Shown piece by piece: positions 11,302-15,646 of a DNA stretch of 15,646 bases (positions are counted from its first letter, which is position 1; each line of letters begins with the position of its first letter). Under the pieces are notes generated by a model, which worked only from the letters and a program-made list of their open reading frames with translations, had not been told where the DNA came from and made no database searches. Position numbers and translations under genes: made by a program. The stretch covers positions 1-15,646 of the forward strand of contig NW_027437494.1 of assembly GCF_964204645.1 (NCBI RefSeq), written 5' to 3'. The DNA comes from Tubulanus polymorphus. Its lineage: Eukaryota; Animalia; Nemertea.

Positions 11302-11918
11302 TCGCATGACTTTCCTGAGTGGCAACTAGCTGTACAAATTTCACCCCTCTTCTTACACAGACATCTTAAAGTCGAGCAATTTGCTTTGCAGTGGCATCGG
11401 CTAGCTGGTTTCAAAGAGTGTGACATTGCCATCGCAGCTGTTCTTATCGGCAATTTGGGAACTGATCCCCACCCAGCGACAGGAATATCAAATTCCCCAA
11501 CAAACCGTTGTAGCACATCTGCTCGCAAGGCAACATCTAAGACTCCGTACTTGGTTCTTAAAATGAGGATTAACAGAATAAAGAATAGAGCTGTTAAGAC
11601 TTTGCTTTACGATTTATGAAATTATCTGACAAACCGTATTATATAAAAGTTTCCATTCTTAAACTTTTTCACTTGGACTACCACACCAGGGAGTCTACGT
11701 AGATCTATTTTGTGGTGGTCTTGCTCAGGAATTTTCACCGTAACAAAATCCCCAACTTTGAATATTAGTTGTTCTTTTTATCCCCTTTTCAACATCCTTT
11801 TTGCGCCTTTTAAGGAGGCAAGGTTAGCAGCCATCCTAATTTTTTGGTGAGCTTCCTTAGTTGCTAGCTCATTAGCAACCTTAACTCTCTTTATTGGCAG
11901 CTCACTAAAATCAAATCC
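11302..11918 (-). CDS. Integrase C-terminal SH3/GPY-F-like segment and CXC (tesmin/CRC-like) cysteine cluster; exons 11918-11635 and 11556-11302
   Basis: ...KRMLKRG*KEQLIFKVGDFVTVKIPEQDHHKIDLRRLPGVVVQV...YIIR|TKYGVLD...CHCKANCSTLRCLCKKRGEICTASCHSGKSCE. The pattern C-x-C-x3-C-x4-C-x-C-x6-C-x3-C-H-x4-C is the usual end of KRBA2-like invertebrate integrases. In-frame TAA at 11778-11780. Confidence 0.85.
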
Positions 11919-12562
11919 CTAGAATGGAAGTGGTGCATTGGTTAGCCAGCTTAAAATAAGGCCAAATGTAGTAAGTAGAGTTTAGGTTATAGCAAAGTGA
12001 CAAGTTTTGTGCATTGTTAAAAAGGCTTACTTGCGAAGTGGTTGAGGCATTTGGTTCCATCTGAAAAAAGTTGAGTGATATACAGATATGAAAATTGGTA
12101 AACACTGCACTTGCAATAAATGTCGATTTTCTGACACTTGAAAAATTGTTAATTTTTTAAATATACATCTCTTAGAAATGCCACAAAGTTTACATTAATG
12201 AAATACTGTAAGTATCCCTTTATAAAATGCAAGTTGGCAGTTATCTTTCCTCAGGACAAGATTTCAATGAGCCTTATTCTGCAGGAGATGAGATAGACAT
12301 ATTTGTATTTAAAATTAAATCGAATATATACACAAGATAATCAATCAAGCATGTACACACCGTAATATCTTCATCACTCTGAATTGTTAAGGCCTATGAA
12401 AAAGAATATGGATTACTGATACTTGGAAAGTATTATAAAAAAAACATGCATTAAGATAATATCTACAGCCTGGCTCTGTTTACAAGATGTTGATTAATTT
12501 TGAAAGGTATTTTGACTTTGTGATACTACTGTATTTGAAACTTAATTTCTTACTACACCCTA

Positions 12563-12825
12563 CAGGGCCATAGGAACGAATTGTGGCCCATAATGACGGC
12601 GTAGCAGGCACAAAGCACTAAATGGTCATAAAATTTTGAAAAATTATATCATTTAGGTACATTCTGAGTACTTCCTGGTTGAAATTAGGAATGATATAAG
12701 CTCACAGTTTCACCATTTCTGCCACTAGGTACTATGGAGACCTACCCTAGGCATGTAGGAAGTCATAGGCAAGAGTCAGAAAATGGGGGGGGGGGGGGCA
12801 TGGCTCCCCGGTTCCTACAGCCCTG
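12563..12825. mobile_element. 263-bp MITE (hAT-like termini, 5-bp TSD CCCTA) inside an intron of the integrase gene
   Basis: Left end CAGGGCCATAGGAAC versus reverse complement of the right end CAGGGCTGTAGGAAC (13/15 match). Direct repeat CCCTA at 12558-12562 and 12826-12830. Subterminal G14 run at 12785-12798. Confidence 0.8.
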
Positions 12826-12976
12826 CCCTAAAATAGATTTTAGTGAGTATTAGTACATACTTCTGCATTGCCCTCCTCTTCGTCATTATGTTCATTTGAC
12901 TGAAATCAAATACAATTTCTTATAAGGACTGAATAATGATATAAATACCATTTGCTGAAGTAACTACAAATTTTAC

Positions 12977-13541
12977 CTGAAGTGCAATATTTGGGGGTTT
13001 TTGCCCATACACACATTCATAGGGGGTACATTTTATTCGTGTGGAATACATAGTGTTGATCATATCTAAAGAAGCAAAAAACATTGAGCATATAGGGGAA
13101 GCATATTATGAATTAATCAAGATATCGTGTTCAATTTTACTTACACATAATTCGTGGTAAATAATGATGCCATGGAAATTCTCCTTTTCCAGTGAAAGAC
13201 GCTTTGAATGAGGCAATTTTATCAGCCACGATACGATGACCCCGTTCTACTAAGCCCTGGCTCTGGGGATGACGAGGTCTACCATGGACAATTTTACAGC
13301 TGGAGGGCCATTCAGACAGAAGATCACCCAGTTCCCGGTCAGAAAATTCACCTCCATTATCACATTGAAGAATTTTGGGTAGCCCAGTAAAACTGAATAG
13401 GATCCTGAGAGCATCTTTCACATCAGTCGCAAATTTTCCCTTCAAGGGCCACAGAAAATGAAATTTGGAGGCATGGTCAATAGCATGCAATATGAAGCGA
13501 TAACCTTCTGTTTCTTGACGTTGCATATCAATCAAGTCAAC
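12977..13541 (-). CDS. Integrase catalytic core (rve, DDE), exons 13541-13145 and 13065-12977
   Basis: VDLIDM...YRFILHAIDHASKFHFLWPLK...LPKILQCDNGGEF...IVHGRPRHPQSQGLVERGH...WHHYLPRIM|YMINTMYSTRIKCTPYECVYGQKP. All three catalytic residues are present (VDL, CDN, VER). The HGxPRHxQSQGxVER signature is typical of the KRBA2/SCAND3/Ginger2 integrase group. Confidence 0.95.
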
Positions 13542-13610
13542 CTGAAATGAATATACATGTATGAATTAACGATAATAGTACTCAGACCTTAAATAAAAGT
13601 TATGTCTTAC

Positions 13611-13927
13611 CTGAATTCTTTCGAATACATTTTGGCTAATGATCGGAATGACTGGGGCTCTGCCAGTTTGCGATGATTTCAGTGTGCACACTTTGCATTT
13701 TTTCAAGGTATTCCTTACATGAATTCGAATGACACCGAAGTAGTTTTCTTGAACCTGAAAGTTGATCTTTTGAATAAGTGATTAAAGATATGATTAACTA
13801 AAACCTCAGGGAATAATTTTACCTTTTTAAATGTAGCATTCTCTCCACCATGCCCAATAGCCTCGTGACAGGATAATATGATTTGATCAAAATCTTCCAA
13901 AGGGATAACTCTGAGCTTCCTTGAAAC
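13611..13927 (-). CDS. Integrase HHCC zinc-binding domain (two exons, 13927-13823 and 13754-13611)
   Basis: Spliced translation LRVIPLEDFDQIILSCHEAIGHGGENATFKK|VQENYFGVIRIHVRNTLKKCKVCTLK...VIPIISQNVFERIQ gives H-x4-H-x28-C-x2-C, the integrase N-terminal zinc finger. Phase-0 introns with GTAAAA and GTAAGA donors. Confidence 0.92.
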
Positions 13928-14007
13928 CTGAAACAACCCATTTGGAGCAAATGAATAACTTCTGTACATACTGCAATAAAATGATATTTTCCATGTAAGA
14001 TACGTAC

Positions 14008-15412
14008 ATCACTTTTGCATGGTGCAACTACATTCTTATCACCGTTTTCCTCCTCTTTTAAAGTAAAACCTTTGGTTTTGACCTGCAAAATAAGACGAAG
14101 CATCACTTCATAAATCAGTTCTATTATGAGAAAATTGTAGTGATACAAGTCGTCAAGCATTCACAACGAGAACATTTACCTGATGTCGGAATTTGGCTAA
14201 GCTTTGGCTGTTGGGAAAATAATTCTTAACATCTGGATGCATTGGGTTTTCAAGAAACTGTTTGACAACATCCAGATATTCTTTATCCATAACCGAGCTA
14301 TTTTTGGCTAAAAAATGAAACACCTCTATTCACATTCATACATAGGCCTAATGCCTTATGAAACCAATCATTTTAATTTGTGGCCTAGCAGAAAGGAAAA
14401 AGATTCATTCCCACCAGGAAATCATTTCTGATTTTATAAAACAAAGGTATTTTATAAAACAAAGGTGAGAATGTATCTGAATAACCCATGCTATCTTAGC
14501 TTACCTCTTTTTTTCACATCAGATCTTTTCACATCATCTGTAATTCTGTTATAAAATGAATGAAAATTTATTGTAGCGAATAAATTGGCCAGCTTTTAGT
14601 CTCAAGTATCTTACGTAATAAAATGAACAATTTTGTATCCTAAAACAAACTGAACCATAAAGCGAATCTTAGGTTTAACCACCAGCATTTGTGGGCATTG
14701 AATAATATTTTGTACCAATTGTGCTCTTTTTTTAATCAATAAAGTTTTCTTGGTTAAACTAGTTAAACTGACAACTTCGAAAAATATTTGACAGCCAAAA
14801 TTTCAATATTCAACACCCCCTGATGAACAAATACAGCAATAGATGAATGACACTGACTTTTAAATGCCATAGTGCCAATCAATTGAGCATATATACCATA
14901 ATATTCCATGGTTAACATATAGCAGAAGCCATCGCCTTCTAACTCAACATAACCATACCATATCATGGGCTACCAATGTGCAATTGATTGGGTTAACAAA
15001 ATATGCATACGTACCAATATAAAGGGAAAATATTAAATTTAATATCAAACTATCCGTGGTGGGGAGAGAACAAAAGACCACAATTCCGAGCAAGGAGATG
15101 TATCCTACGATAATGCAGTCAATTATTAAACATTAAGACTATCAAGACCTGTTGAAATTTTTCCTGAAAAACCTTTTAGAATATAATAAGTTTCATAGAT
15201 AGACTTACTTAGATGATGCTTTCTTAGCAGAGTCATGTGCTTTCTCTGAATGATCTATAGGATTTGTATCTGAAAATCTATCATTAACATGGGATGAAAT
15301 TCTAGTTTTCTAATGAGCATGTCTCAGTGGAAACGTCATTTCTCAAAACATACTTATCATCATCTGGCATGTGATCACATGACACAGAAGCTTTAGTGCG
15401 ACTGTTTGAGGC
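14008..15412 (-). CDS. N-terminal exons of the integrase gene (low-complexity region, then VMDKEYLDVVKQFLENP...KFRHQ|VKTKGFTLKEEENGDKNVVAPCKSD)
   Basis: Five open, phase-compatible exons with GT donors and AG acceptors. 14307-14180 and 14082-14008 are well supported. The two exons above 15200 are less sure because alternative acceptors exist (exon starts at 15269 or 15301). Confidence 0.6.
14431..14466. repeat. Perfect 18-bp tandem duplication (intronic)
   Basis: ATTTTATAAAACAAAGGT at 14431-14448 and 14449-14466. Confidence 0.95.
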
Positions 15413-15461
15413 CTATCAAATATAAAATGTAGAGGGTTGACAAAACTATAAACTACATTCA

Positions 15462-15509
15462 AATATGGATGCACACAAGTGAGTTCAATATGGATGCACA
15501 CAAGCGAGT
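15462..15509. repeat. 25-bp-period tandem duplication
   Basis: AATATGGATGCACACAAGTGAGT at 15462-15484 and AATATGGATGCACACAAGCGAGT at 15487-15509 (one mismatch). Confidence 0.9.
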
Positions 15510-15646
15510 GTAAGAGGAAAAAAATCAAGGGCTATAATCTTTAAAAACTAGGTGCGCAATCAGAGTACGTCTGGAACCAGTCCAGTCATTCAACCAAATG
15601 CAGCAATGAACATCGATGAAACTCCATGAACTAGAGGACTGCAGAT

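Larger units (their letters stand above)
6401..15412 (-). pseudogene. Multi-exon Ginger2/KRBA2/SCAND3-like DDE integrase/transposase gene with CXC-like, PHD and C4 zinc-finger extension; one in-frame stop; 5' end unresolved
   Basis: Manual GT-AG exon chain in transcription order: 15412-15354, 15277-15209, 14545-14505, 14307-14180, 14082-14008, 13927-13823, 13754-13611, 13541-13145, 13065-12977, 12899-12861, 12393-12361, 12060-12031, 11918-11635, 11556-11302, 11169-11130, 10599-10544, 10448-10391, 10071-10040, 9937-9866, 9446-9419, 9312-9200, 8466-8316, 8182-8115, 8023-7900, 7644-7592, 7179-7123, 6878-6795, 6590-6401. Total 2874 nt (958 codons including the terminal TGA). Phases agree at every junction and the only internal stop is TAA at 11778-11780. 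Confidence 0.75.

Noticed and set aside
9038-13390. Plus-strand ORFs 9038-9340, 11386-11619 and 13208-13390
   Set aside because: Antisense shadows of minus-strand exons with no recognisable motifs.
12977-13927. Integrase as part of a Gypsy/LTR retrotransposon pol or a Polinton
   Set aside because: No protease, RT, RNase H, LTR, pPolB or capsid sequence is visible. Many spliceosomal introns argue against retrotransposition, and the HHCC, GRPRHPQSQG and CXC-like ending point to the Ginger2/KRBA2 group.
15462-15509. Direct repeats as a CRISPR-like array
   Set aside because: Only two adjacent copies with no spacer, in eukaryotic DNA; a simple tandem duplication.
15569-15589. Candidate start exon MTGLVPD with donor GTACTC
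   Set aside because: Phase-compatible but the donor is weak and there is no other support; the real 5' end may be outside the window.

Overview
AT-rich eukaryotic, probably invertebrate, genomic DNA. The right 9 kb (about 6.4-15.4 kb, minus strand) holds one intron-rich gene that the ORF track shows only in fragments. Joining GT-AG exons by hand gives a phase-consistent model of about 28 exons and 957 aa. It encodes a Ginger2/KRBA2/SCAND3-type DDE integrase (HHCC zinc finger, intact D-D(37)-E core, SH3/GPY-F-like segment, CXC-like Cys cluster). The model then continues past the usual C-terminus into a micro-exon-encoded linker, a variant PHD finger, a C4 zinc finger and an unrecognised C-terminal region. 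This copy has one in-frame TAA (11778-11780) and a 263-bp MITE with a 5-bp TSD in one intron. Its 5' end is not resolved and may lie outside the window. The left 6 kb is transposon debris: L2/CR1-like and RTE-X-like LINE fragments, two Tc1/pogo-type MITEs, a Helentron/DINE-1-like 3' end and possible decayed hAT transposase remnants. All exon calls are manual, without transcript evidence; the core exons are strong and the terminal ones weaker.
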